In this document: piece after piece, positions 51,556-64,000 of the stretch
Position numbering within the stretch: the stretch's first letter is position 1
How the letters are laid out: each line of letters opens with the position of its first letter
Assembly (NCBI GenBank): GCA_964035545.1
Contig: OZ037769.1
Span: 1,364,001 to 1,428,000 of the forward strand
Direction of reading: 5' to 3'
Source: Bugula neritina
Lineage: Eukaryota; Animalia; Bryozoa
Length of the DNA: 64,000 nucleotides
The notes under the pieces: generated by a model
Told to the model about the DNA's origin: nothing
The model's database searches: none
Seen by the model: the letters and a program-made list of their open reading frames with translations, nothing else
Program-made: the position numbers and the translations under genes

Positions 51556-54485
51556 TTAATAGCGGATCATACCAGAAGAGTAGTGAATGTTCGGGTCTCC
51601 AGAAGGACCACCCGTATATTTAGGTAGCTTAGCTCGTTTCTCCTCCTACAAAGTATTGAAAACATACTAAATAAGAAGAGAGAAGAGTGAAATTGAAATG
51701 ACTTTGTATTGGAGTAAATCTCAAGTTTTCTAACAATTCGAAAAAAAAGGTTCCAATGATGTCAATACATATTCAAAGCTGATTTGGTTCCAGCATAAAG
51801 TAACGAGCCAAAGCATTTGAAAAATGTAATAAATTTCATGAGAGCAAAGTACACACGTGACACACTGACTCTACCTGTCACACTCAGTGACCCAGACACA
51901 TGACACACTGACTACTTGTCACACCCACTGACACACACATGGCACACTGATTCCTTCTGTCACACTCAGTGACTCAGAGGTGACATATGCTCTCACTTAA
52001 CAGCAAAATGAAAGTAAGAAAGGCTTATCTTGTACAGAAAGCTCCTTTCCTTTCTCAGTGTAGTCAGTGGTAAGAATCTACAAGAACACAAGAGACAGCA
52101 AACTACTTCCAGGAGAATCAGGGAGGGCATACTTACCAGAGAGATGTCTTCATCAGGATGAACAATAATCTGACCTGACCCTGTGGAGTCAACTTTCTTG
52201 ATGCCAGAAGGTAGGCTGCTCTTACCACCGTCCCCGCCCGAAGAAGAGGCTGTAACTTGAGGAGATGCAGGCAGTGGGATGCCAGGAGGTGGGAAAGCGG
52301 CCGGTGTCGGCATGGACTGGCCGGCTTCAGCTTGAGCCGATAAGGAGGGCTGCGGTGGCGCCTGGAGGAACAACGGCAGTCAGTATTATTTCTAACTTCT
52401 ATATTCATTTTAATTAATTTTAATTTTACTGTTACTGAGCGAGAGTTGACAGGTGACATAGTAAACTTGTACCTGGGATGTAGCGGCAGGAAAGAGTGGT
52501 GGTCGTGTCGGGCCGATACTCGGTGGCGGCTGAGGTCCAGAGTTTGGGGGAGGGGCTCCTGGGGGTCTCCACATTCCAGGAGGCGGGCCTCCCATTCTAG
52601 CACCACCCATATTAGGTGGAGGACCGCCCATTCCCATGCCTGATGTTTGTGAGATGCAAAATGAGATTAGCCAATTAAATAAAACGTATCGACCTTCACC
52701 TAGAACCACAAACTTGTCCCATCTTATTAAGGGCAAGTGATATAAAAATGAGAAACAGATGGCAAAGTGACTGCCCCAGGCCAGGAAAACAAACCAGGAT
52801 AAATTTCAAGTTCTTCAAAATAATATCAGCGGCTCTTACCAGGTGGAGGGCCTCCCATTCCGGGGGGAATCGGCATTCGTGGGGGACCAGGCATCCCCGG
52901 GGGACCATTGAACATCATTTGAGGGGGTCGCATTCCCATTGGTCCACCTATGGGTTGAAGCACAAATGCATTTAGTACACTAATGAGGGGGCACGCAATT
53001 TTTAATAGTCACTAACAAAACAAACTATATTTAGTATAATTTAAATGTTAGTAACTTAACAGCACCAAAAACCAATCACTCACCCATATTTGGCCCACCA
53101 AAATTGGGACCTCCAAAGTGAGGCCCACCAAAGCCACCCATATTAGGGCCACCAAAGCCTGATGGACCCATATTAGGTGGCCCAAAGCCTGGCATTGGAG
53201 GTCGCATTCCCATCTGGTTGAATTGTGGAGTCGGAGGAGCTGATTGGTTATTAGAAGCAGAATTGCTTGACTCGCCCACTGTAACATCCAAGATACGATT
53301 ACCAATCGGCAATAGGCTACTTATTGACTAGTGTGTCTAAGAAAAATAGTTTTGGAATCATATCTTACACTTTCTAAATTTTAGATGAGGCGTACAATGG
53401 CTGGAAAACTAAAGTAACAAAATAACTAAGGACGGTGTTAACTTGTGCGAGTAATAAAACTTTGACAATTTTGCAAAATAACCTGATGACTGTTGACTGG
53501 AAGTTTTCTTCTCGTGGGCTATGACATCTTCTTCGGGAATTCCTTCCATCCCGTAGATCTCAATTTCTGTGCTGTCTCGCCCAGGTACGGCATTATGCAC
53601 CTTCTCTAATTTCTCTTTGTGTACCTACACCAGCAGTGAATCGGATAACACCCCTAACTACCTGGTTTAATATGTACACATGACAGTCAGTAAATATCAA
53701 TAAAAATAATACATATCACCATATTACTAGACACCACTCTTACTGTATTCAAGCACTATAAATAGTTGATGCAGTTGCGTACAGTAGTGGATAAGAACAG
53801 CATGAGATTACCGACCTGGGCACAGTGAATCTGTAAGCCGGGCCCGGTGTACAGTTTCTTGTGACAGATGTGACATTTGAAATGTTTTGCTTTCTGGTGC
53901 TGAATTAATATCTTTTCATCTTCAAACTCACGATTACAATACCTAGATTCTAAGGTCAAGGCTGAACAACTTGCAAGGTAAACAGTCACACATTTATTAA
54001 CAGTAGAAAAGAAATTGAGATAGCCTAAGTTCTTTAATTTATTTTATTAAACCTTGGTTTGGGGGCAGTTTGAAATTCTTGGTAGAACATAACTTATTTT
54101 GCTACACTTTCTAATCTAGAATACAGGCTTTTTTCAATTACTGCACCTAACTCGAAAATCATATAAATTTAAGAATTTCCAACTAATAAAACTTCCATTC
54201 TGTCCATATAAGTATAGCAGTCATAGATATACAATACAACTGCTAGAATCAATTTTAATGCAGCATCTTAATTACTGAATTGCAAATTGCAAATTCTGAT
54301 TTTCTGTGACTATAAAACTTTGTACAGGTGAGTTTTTAGAATCATCATTAGTAGAACGAGAATCTAAGATAAATGAGTTTTACATTCAATGATAACAAAT
54401 TATTGCATTAACCGGTTGACAATACCAGCATTATAAAAGGATACCAGCACCATGGCTTAGACTGCTTTTTCTTCTTTCTACCCAT
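51556..54485 (-). CDS. ZNF207: BUB3-interacting GLEBS-motif zinc finger protein (BuGZ)
   Basis: [66 protein letters not shown]...[11 protein letters not shown], a Pro/Gly/Met-rich middle, PLFPAA, and the GLEBS motif [21 protein letters not shown]. Stop at 51556-51558. Confidence 0.97.
53943..54444 (-). other. U12-type GT-AG intron 1 of ZNF207
   Basis: 5' site GTATCCTTTT interrupting the Trp codon of KPWC-W-YC; branch-like CCTTGAC ~12 nt upstream of the AG. Confidence 0.92.
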
Positions 54486-57323
54486 ATCTACTTAAATTCA
54501 AAATGAGTTTAGGTTCTTCTTTCTTGTGATCAGGGTAGCTGCAATTACTCAATTTTATAAACTCTCACATTAAATAAGAATACTTAATTGGTGAATGTGC
54601 TAAATATTATAATTATGATTCTGAGTATGATTGTTCATTAAAATAGTTTGAATTAATATCATCAGAATGATAACCATCATGATGATGGTCTTGATTATCA
54701 ATTGATACTGGTAAACTCAAACTGATAATCATTATGATTATGATTATGATAAATATTATTGGTTATTAAATTTGAAATTCCTGTATATCGTTAATTTTAG
54801 TTTTAATAATTTTAATTCATTTTAGGCCTAATAATAATTTCAAATTTAAAGTTTTAACTATTATTACTATTTAGTGTTTTATGTTGATATGTGATGTATA
54901 ACTATAAGCCGCCTTCAGTTGTCCTGTTATTCTAAAAAAAATTAGCCTAGGTTAGCGCCAGCTTTCAAAAACACCTTCTCATTATGAGCTAAAAATTAAA
55001 TTACCTAGTATCTACAAACTACGACTAAAAATGGCAGCTTCGACAATTCATCGGTTTCAATTACAAAGTTATTCTCTTTTTTGCCAAGATTAAAAAGACA
55101 ACCCTTTTGAGATTAATAACGCGCCAACATTTAAGGAGTTGTCTTTGATTTTCAACTAGTAGCTTGTATCGGAAATCGTTAGTAGACCTACGATCTCCAG
55201 GAGGGAAAGCGGCGTGCCACTGAAGCAAAGCGAAACAATCGAATAGAAGGATAACAATCATTCAATTGCAAGAAGTAGCGACGAAAGGATTAACAATCAA
55301 AGCAAAACTGAGGACAGTAGTAACGATAACATTCCACTGAGGTAAAAGCTTAAATTTTTATGTTGTATTCGTATTTTGACCTAACGTGAATAGTAGCACA
55401 CGTATTGATGTTCATAACCAGGTACTTAGAGTTACTATAAGTATTATCTAGCTCTCTGTTCAGGTTCTACACTAAAACTTTTAGTAAATCTTAATGATAT
55501 TCTAATCTTTATCTACTACTACTTCTAGTACTTCTACTTCTAGTCACAGAAGCAAATTGAAATTTGAAAGAGATAAGTTAAACCCACTAACTGACTAAGT
55601 CTCAAAGTCAGTCAGTATCGCGTGTTAATTTAGTATTACTATTACTATTACTATTAGTATTACTATTAGTAATACTATTACTATAACCATGTCTATTGGT
55701 ATTAGTAATTACTATTAGTATTACTATTAGTGATAGTGATAGCATTGCTATCGGTATGGCGATGAGTTGCTGCAAGTGTAATCACTATGACTATCACTAT
55801 CAGAGTACCCCTATCAGTATCAGCCAAGTCTGAGTAGTGAATCTCAATCTGGTGTCTGAGTGATAATAACAACTGATATAAACTTAAAGTTAACGCCAAG
55901 CGTGAAACATGTTTACGTTACTTTTAGTAATAAGTTACTACTAAAGCACTAATTAGTTGCTGTTAACATTGCGAAATTATTAGGCTTGATCATGGTGTTA
56001 AACTCAAATGACCATTGTTAAGCATTGTGATTGCCATTACATAATGATAACGCATTTACTAAGAGTCAGAGTGAGTCTAACTAATACTAATAGTAATGCT
56101 AATACAGTAAATGTAATAGCACTTTTAGCTGTTATTACTAATAATATTAGTACTACTACTACCGCGGTAGTTCATGTCAGTGTTAGTAAGAAAGTTGTAC
56201 TTCTTCTTCATATTGATCTTGAAAGTCAATTACCATAGTATCATAGCTGTAAACTATCAATTGTATTCTTTACACTGATTGCAAGATGAATATTACCATC
56301 AAGTTGACGCTGACTAATTTAGTATCAGTAATGGATTGTCATTATGATTGAGTTTACTTTGTAATCCCTAATTAAATTTCCTCTTTATTATTATTAAACA
56401 TATATTACTGTATTTAGTGTGTTGCATCTACTGCTAGTGCTTATACCTGGTACACAATCGTTATCATCATAGTAACCAATGTGTATAGTATACTAATTGC
56501 TATTAAATCATAATTTAGTATTGGATTTGAAAGCTTAAATTACTTATTAAAATAGTTTTAACTTGATTGAAAATTGCTATGGAGTTCTTCTAAATAATAG
56601 ATAGCTACTCAAGGTCTTTCATTTTAATTGTAGCTAGTTATTGGATTTTAGATGGAAGTTAGCAGTTAATACTGGACAGGTCGGCTCTATTCGAAAGTAT
56701 AATAGCCAGATTAATTTTAGTGCTTAAATTGAATGTGAGGATTAGCTGCACTGTTACAGTCAATAACAATAAAAACGGCACATTTATACCTAATGTGTTT
56801 TCATTTTTCCAGGCATACTGTTTCTAATTAAGTAGTTGAATAGAACTTGTCAATGTTACATGTTTACACATTTATTGATAATGTATATCTCAGTAGGCTT
56901 TGGAATTTGCAGTGTGCTCTGTCTTTAACATACAACAATAATTAATATTATAGCATTTTCAAAGTCGCAAAAAATAATTTAGTTCATAACACACATGTAT
57001 AATTGTATACACATTCTATGTATAAGCATATATTTTATACGTCTTGCACATGTCGCTACTTATGTGAAGAATTAACACATTTTAGCTTTTAGGCATTTGG
57101 GAAAAGTTGTTGTTACATGCAAATCTAACACCATATCTAAGCAGTGCTACTACAACTTTGTGTTACTGCTACAACTTTCTAGTTTGTGGTTATCAAAGAT
57201 TAGATTAAAGCTTCAGTTGATATTTTGATTGTTGCTCTCACCCTGCAACTAGTGTAAAGGATATTTTAATTAATATCAGGATGTTCCCTCTACTTTTCTC
57301 ACAAGTAATGTTTGTTTTCCAGC

Positions 57324-60300
57324 ATGAGTGGAGAAAGCAAGGACAAATTGCCAGCATCTGGCAGGCCAATGATAGCACAGCCACAGGCAACCTGGCCCAT
57401 GCCTGCGAACATGACAGGTTAGTTGACACCACCCCCTCCAGTACTCCCCCAGTGCCCTGTAGTTTAACTGCTGGACCTGTTAGCACTCTCCTACAGGAGA
57501 AATACCATATCTAGCTGCTAATCTTTATTTGTTGAGGGGGGAGGTTGCCATTGTGGGTAGATTACACCTTGTTTTCTACCAGTAATAGATCATTAATTGC
57601 CAGGATTAGCAGCTGAAAGCACCTTCTGTCAATAGACTAACTCAATAACAAGATTCCTGGACTCCAACATCACCTGATGTTATTACTGATAGCAGTTGTT
57701 TACTTGCTACTACTCCCACTGAAATCTTACTACTACTCAGTGAAATGCTATCTGTTTCAAGGAGTAGTATTTGTGTTATGTTAATCCAACTTTACTGACA
57801 GATTTTAAGATGTAAATAATTGTGGTCTTCCACAAATGAATTTGCTCCCTGTGTTGTAGTCTAGATAAAGATTGTTATTTCAACTGTTCAGTACTACGAT
57901 TCTAGCTGTTTACTTGTGTGCCTTGTTCAGATTCTGCTACCACTTGCCATTTTCAATGATTTGCATTCAAATTTCATCCTTGAAACAGCTGGACCTCAGT
58001 TAGCGAGATTGTATATTAATTTTCAAGTCTTTTTGGTGTTACAAGAGTGAAAGGGCATGCCATGCTTCATATTCATTACTACACAATGTTTCTCTATAAA
58101 TACTATAACACTGAGTGTTCTTTACTTTAGGCAGCAGATTTAGCAGCGGCAGTAACATTTCTATCTCAACATTGCAGTTAAGATAACATCTAAATACCTC
58201 GTAATGTTCACTACATTACTACCTGCTAAACTGCGCTAGTAGTCAGTCCTGATTTGAATAATAAAGATACTTATGGGCGGATTTCGCAGTTCTTTACAAA
58301 TATTATATCAAATAGTGCGATGGCTAGTATTTCATCCACAGTTTCATTGTTGATAGCACAACAGCCTGTTGTTTTGATTGTATCGATTGTCAATTAAAAT
58401 AGCATCATACTATTGTATGCAGTGTTTGTGTAGTTGTGTGTTTGATTATAGAGTGGGGGCTGAGTCATTGCATAGCATTATGTAATACCATTAGCCTAGT
58501 GACCAGTCTTACCTACTTCAGTTTACTTATAAGTTTAAATCATAATAACTAAATACTACATAGAAACAATCAAGTAGTGCAGTTATTTTTGAACTGAATA
58601 CTCCAGCAAAGAGCATTAGCATATTGGAAAAACACACTACTGAGTTTAAATAGGCTTTAGACTGGTGCAAAGTAATTATTATTGAAAGTTACTAACAAAC
58701 ACGGAGGCTGAATACCAGGTTACAGAGCAGATGGCGTGATATTGAATACAGTGACTAAGATTGGCTGAAAGCCACCATTTTCAAGGTTCTCCCGTTTCTA
58801 TAGTTTCATAACATCTTTAATAGCAGCTCAGTTACAGCCTTATTTGTGCCTGTAGGGATTTCAATTGCATAATTTAGCTTTGAACTTTTGCTACCAGTTA
58901 CTTCTGTATCCTTCTAGGATGTATAATATGAAACTGCTGTGTTGAGTTCTGTTGGTAGTAAGTATACACTTTAGTAATAGTTTTCTGTTCTTTTGAGGGA
59001 GATTTTTTACAAATCTCAACGGGCTATTGTATATCCCTCAACACAGTCTATTATACCCTCAGTGTTGGGTATATATTTCAGATTGTCTGCTGGATTAAAT
59101 CAGTTGATGTACTTGGCATTGTGGGACGTATAATATCTTCACTGGCTGCCTTGGTTGTAGAAAATAAGCTCTAAAATATGTCTGCACTATAGTCACTATA
59201 CTATACCAGTATACTATACTACACTATACTCCATAGCAGCTAGCAGTATACTATAATCACTCCACTATACCAGTATGCTATAGTATACTATAGCATACTA
59301 TAGCAGTATACTGCAGTAACTACACTGTAACAGTGCTAAGGTGGTAGTGTGAAGTGATACAGAAGCAAGCTGTATTACAGTATACTATACATTCTTTCAA
59401 TAACACAGCTTCTGTCTGTACTTTGGGCTATAATCTCCAAAGTCATACCAACTTGTTAAATGCCATTCAACAAGTTCCTGTCTTCATGCTGTGCAGGTGA
59501 ATCTCTGTGGTCATGTTGATTGTACCTTGTACTGATAGTAACAGTTGTGTTTGCCAGCTGTGTATTCCAATTTTAGGTAAAAATGGCAGCCTGGACCCTA
59601 ATATTGAAAATGTGCCATTTTTACCTACGTTGCCATATTATTACATGTGCCATTTTCACCAGACACCATATATTTCATCTGTTGTGTGCAACTCAAGTCT
59701 TGCCAGGCTTTGTTTACCAACAAAATAACTCGCCATGTAATCATTTCTATCCACCTGCTGCACACACATAGGTTGTGTTGTGTTCAACTTACAGGTATGT
59801 GTGATGTGTTCAACTCACAGGTATCTGTGATGTGTGCTACACAGCTGCCCCTACTGTTTACATGTCTTCACATGTTGTAGACTTCCCTACCTGGCAGTGG
59901 CAGCCTGTGAACTGGCAGCAGATGGCAGCAATGGCGTACTCCAGCATGCCCTACCTCCACCCTGGTGCCGGGCTGCCTGGAGTCCTACATCAGCCCCCTA
60001 TGCCAGCCCACACCTCTGCGACAGTAGCTTCCACGAACCCTTCTCCTAGAGCTAAAGGTTGGTTACCATGGTTACACTATGTCTAGATTCTAGACATCTG
60101 CTATGTCAGCAGTTCATACAATAAGGTGTGGCCATGTTGCCAGCAGCTAGTGTTGTTTTAGAATTTAGACTAATACATATCTTTCTATAGCAGAGGATGT
60201 GTGCATAGTCTCTCAAGGTTACATGAAGGTCAAACTAATGTTTTTGCTCAGTCAGCAGTTTAGATGGCAGCAGTGTTACAGGTTGTGACTATATTGGTTA

Positions 60301-63300
60301 GCATTCCATCTCTCTCTAATATGTGTTACATCTCTTAGTACAGGATCTTCTCAGGAAACACTGAGTAAAGGTCTCTATAGACATGCTATTAGCAAGTGTT
60401 CTCTCTTTATAGTAAATATCTTTAGAGTTATCTAGGAACTCCTTCCTGGGGAATGCAACTGAACTTAATTGCTAAGAGTTTAGAATTTTTTTGGTAATTG
60501 CTGAAAATATATACCTCTGCATGACCAGTTGCTTCTCTTTTCAAATGTTGGACAGAATTATAGGATACAATGTTCTAGCTAACTTGTTCCAGTGTGTTGT
60601 TATTAGGTCCATCAGCCTTGGAGTTGTTAGACACAAATTTATACTCTTTGTTTCTATCATACCTTTATTATATATAATATGATATACTCTTTGGTATGTC
60701 ACATGTCTATATACTCGAGTATGTCACATGTATACTCTTTGGTATGTCACATGTCAATATACTCTAGTGTCACATGTCTACTCTTTGCAGATGACTCAGT
60801 GAAAGTGGTGAAGCCGAAAGACCCACAGATGCGGGTAGCCAGTAGTTCTGCTGGTATACAGAGTCCTAAACCCAACGGGCCTGGGTTCTTACTCGGTGCC
60901 AGCACAGGGGGAGGGTTCAGGGCGTTCTCCCCCTACACATCCCGGTCAGGTGAGTACACAGGCTATGCAGCTGAAAGTACACAGTTTGTACTTATTTCAT
61001 GCCCGGAATGTTAACAGGAAACACTCAGTGAAGAAGTGTCTTATTTATTCACTGTCTTAAAGAAGACATGAAGTTTAAGTACTAATTCTGAAGTCTGATG
61101 AGAAATTTCCTGCTGAAAGTGTTGAGAATGGAGTGAACCTGCAACTGAAGTCCCTCCGTAACAAGTTCTATGATGTCATTTCTTCTCTGAAGTCATATTC
61201 TCATTTGATCTCTGAAGTGTTGCTGTCTGGTTGTAGAGACTCCTGGAAGTTCCCCGTCTGTATCTGGACGAGTCTCGGAACCCCTGAACTCTGCAGGTTT
61301 GTATTATCCACCCCTTGTGTTTGTATCCTGCATGTGTTTGGCTTGGCATTACACTGTTCCCATGTATAGTAATATTCACACTATACACGTGCATGCTTTT
61401 GCCTTTGCAAGGTGTTTGCATTGTTACTCACTGTTCTAGAACTCATTGTGCATCCTCAGCCAATCACATTTGATTACTACGTTATTCAAGAATACCAACG
61501 GAGACTGGAAGTTGGTAGAGACGGTAAACTGCTCGTTCTGTTATCTCAGTTATGATTGGCTGTTAGCTGTTTTACTTGCGTCTCATTTAACAGCGTGATG
61601 CTGCTGTTATTTATAAACCATCTTCTGCTCTCATGTTTTGTGATTTCTAATTTATCAACACGTACGGTTACCTAGCAACTAGTCAACAGATTCTATAAAT
61701 GGAAGCTTGTAATACTTCTCCTAATCCTGTTATTGAAACAATCAGTGGAGCTTTGGGTGAGCAAACCAACTCAGGAGTTTGTTTTTCTGAGCTGATCTTG
61801 TAAACAGGAAGCTGACCAAGAGTCAGCAGCTGCTGAAGCAGTGTAGCTCCTCTCTAGGGAATACTCTACTTCCTGTGCAGCGGAATGCTGCCTCTGCTGC
61901 CAGTGCGTAGGCATAATCATATTTACTGGAGCTCCGCATACTCTCCCATAATCAGTATTCTAAGTTAACTTAATCAACTCTATACATGATATGGTGATCA
62001 CGTCAGCACCTAAATATCACTGCTGACTTTACGCCTCTCCCCAGGGCACAGAGGGGGGCAGGGGGGTGTAAATGGCAGCAACTATTTGTCTGGCACAGTT
62101 GATTCACCAATGTGGCAGCTGTGATGAACAGGTGACACTATGTGTGTTTCCTGTTAGATTCAACATTTCTTTCACCGTGACTGACATGCATTACCCTGTA
62201 ACACCCCCTTCGCTGCCTGGCTGATTTAATTTCACTCTGTTAAGTTACTGTTGGCTTTTTTGTGAGCTTTCAGCAGTTGTCTGCTCCCTGAAGGTCATCA
62301 AACACATCACGTAACAGGTACTATTTTCAGGTGTAGATCTTACGAAGGGTAAAAAGTCATCTTCTATACCCTCAGCTGTATCCACCACTGGCGATCCTAC
62401 CAATGACAAGAAGGATGACAAACCAGTGGGTATAGTGAATGCGAGACAGCGGTCAGCGAGTGACAGGAAGTCCCGGACCAGTAAGTTTACTCTCAGATTG
62501 TGTAGACAACTCTGCACTAAGTGCGTGAGTAACTAGTGTTGTGTGTGTATACTATATAGAGTTGCTAGTAACATATACACTGATACCACTGCAGCTCACT
62601 GCTTAGTGTAAGATGAATATATTTCTGGTGAAAACTTATCACGACACGCTGTAGTTTCTACTCTAAAGCTGGTAGCAGTGGTTTGTTGGCTGTGAAGCAC
62701 TCGTTGCCTTGAACACAATGATAATTATTCACTCATATCCAGGGTTAGGAAGTGTAGCTGGGGGTAGATTGACATGTTTACATTATATCGCTATGGTTAC
62801 TAATGATTCACATCTGTCTTGGCAAGCCTGTTTGCTCTCCCAAGACTTGTTATTCCAGCCTATCACAGTGGAGAGGTGTTTATCCCTTCTAGCAGCCAGT
62901 CTAATCCTGGTTCTATTGCATGTGCACTTGTAGCTCTACCTGTTTTCCTCTCTATTCTGTAAACATGTTTTCCACAAACTGTATTGTGATAGACCCTCAC
63001 AACACTGAACTCTGGTTATGTTATGTAGGCCAATCAGTACCATCTCCTGCTGCCGCGGCATCAGCCCCAGGAGTTGTCAGCACTACCAGTTCTACTGCTA
63101 CACCAGCCACTACGGCAATAACCTCCACTCCTCACCAGCCGGCTGTCACTACAGTCGGGGGTCAGTGGCCCCCCTTCCCCACAGCTATACCTTACCTGGG
63201 AACCCCCTTTCACCATTTCAGTGAGTATCTGCACAGATAGTTCTGTCTACAGAATGTATAGTACACAGACACCCATTGCTTTACACTCCTTGTGTTTTAT

Positions 63301-63519
63301 CCAGCAGCTCTGGCTCAACACCCCCTCTACATGATGCCCCCCAGGGCAATGTTCCCCGGCCAACCCGGTTTGCCGGCTCCACCAGGATACATGCCGATGC
63401 CCGCGCAGCAGATGCTGGTGCCAGATCAGCTGACAGTCAAAACTCAAGTCCCGCATCACATCACGGCACACGCTAGCACCTCCCCGAGCAAACCTCACTC
63501 TGCTGAACCAAGTCCCAAG
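57324..63519 (+). CDS. Unidentified Pro/Ser/Thr/Ala-rich low-complexity protein, N-terminal part; continues past the window end
   Basis: Six GT-AG exons splice in frame: 57324-57417, 59881-60057, 60791-60949, 62331-62480, 63029-63220 and ~63305-63519 (MSGESKDKLPASGRPM..DFPTWQWQPVNWQQMAAM..GGGFRAFSPY..). A probable non-coding first exon ends near 55341. No recognisable domain. Confidence 0.75.
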
Positions 63520-63853
63520 GTGTGTAGAGTATATACAGAGTATACAGTGTGTAGAGTATATACAGAGTATACAGTGTGTAGAGTATACAGTGTGTAGAGT
63601 ATACAGTGTGTAGAGTATATAGTTTGTAGGGTATACAGTGTGTAGGGTATACAGTGTGTAGGGTATACAGTGTGTAGAGTGTACAGTGTGTAGAGTATAC
63701 AGTGTGTAGAGTATACAGTGTGTAGAGTATACAGTGTGTAGAGTATACAGTGTGTAGAGTATACAGTGTGTAGAGTATACAGTGTGTAGAGTATACAGTG
63801 TGTAGAGTATACAGTGTGTAGAGTGTACAGTGTGTAGAGTGTACAGTGTGTAG
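63519..63853. repeat. Intronic minisatellite, 17-bp unit GTGTGTAGAGTATACA(G)-like
   Basis: Starts exactly at the donor CCCAAG|GTGTGT. Confidence 0.92.
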
Positions 63854-64000
63854 CAGGGTTGGGGTCAATTACATGTAAATGTAATTAATTACAATTACAA
63901 TTACATGAAGATTTGTCAATTACAATTACAATTATATTTACAGTTAAAACAAATGTAATTAATTACAATTACATGGCAATGTAATTAATTACAATTACAA
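63854..64000. mobile_element. Probable left end of a non-autonomous DNA transposon (CAGGGTTGGGGTCAATTAC...) with CAATTA subterminal repeats
   Basis: Abrupt switch from the minisatellite to CAGGG..., an hAT-like terminus, followed by many CAATTA repeats. The other end lies outside the window. Confidence 0.5.

Noticed and set aside
58906-58915. GTATCCTTCT as a third U12 donor
   Set aside because: No supporting upstream exon or downstream U12 branch point; the flanking exons join in frame with ordinary GT-AG sites.
62121-62184. Intronic C/D snoRNA candidate (GTGATGA ... CTGA)
   Set aside because: Weak terminal stem, no clear C'/D' boxes and no verifiable rRNA guide of 10 nt or more. A snoScan or Infernal search would be needed.

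Overview
AT-rich, intron-containing animal (invertebrate-type) genomic DNA; the species cannot be identified from sequence alone. Manual splicing supports 11 protein-coding genes, in order: PLXDC-like (-, 3' end runs off the window), HS3ST (+), TRMT11 (-), PSMF1/PI31 (+), GULP1/ced-6 (-), SAC1 (+), an intronless secreted UMOD/GP2/OIT3-type D8C-domain protein (-), RARS2 (-), a typical 2-Cys peroxiredoxin (+), ZNF207/BuGZ (-) and an unidentified Pro/Ser/Thr-rich gene (+, 3' end runs off). Ten of the eleven form five consecutive head-to-head pairs, each flanked by TAG/TAA-rich fold-back DNA. Two clear U12-type introns are present (SAC1, ZNF207). Introns carry many minisatellites that abut splice sites and often replicate splice-site sequences. 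The most novel signal is a cluster of at least four divergent copies of a covarying four-way-junction element (GTC-N-CC..GG-G(G/A)G..C(C/T)C-AA-CAG..CTG-TGAC) between the peroxiredoxin and ZNF207 stop codons (about 50.5-51.4 kb). Exon coordinates were read by hand and may be off by a few bases.
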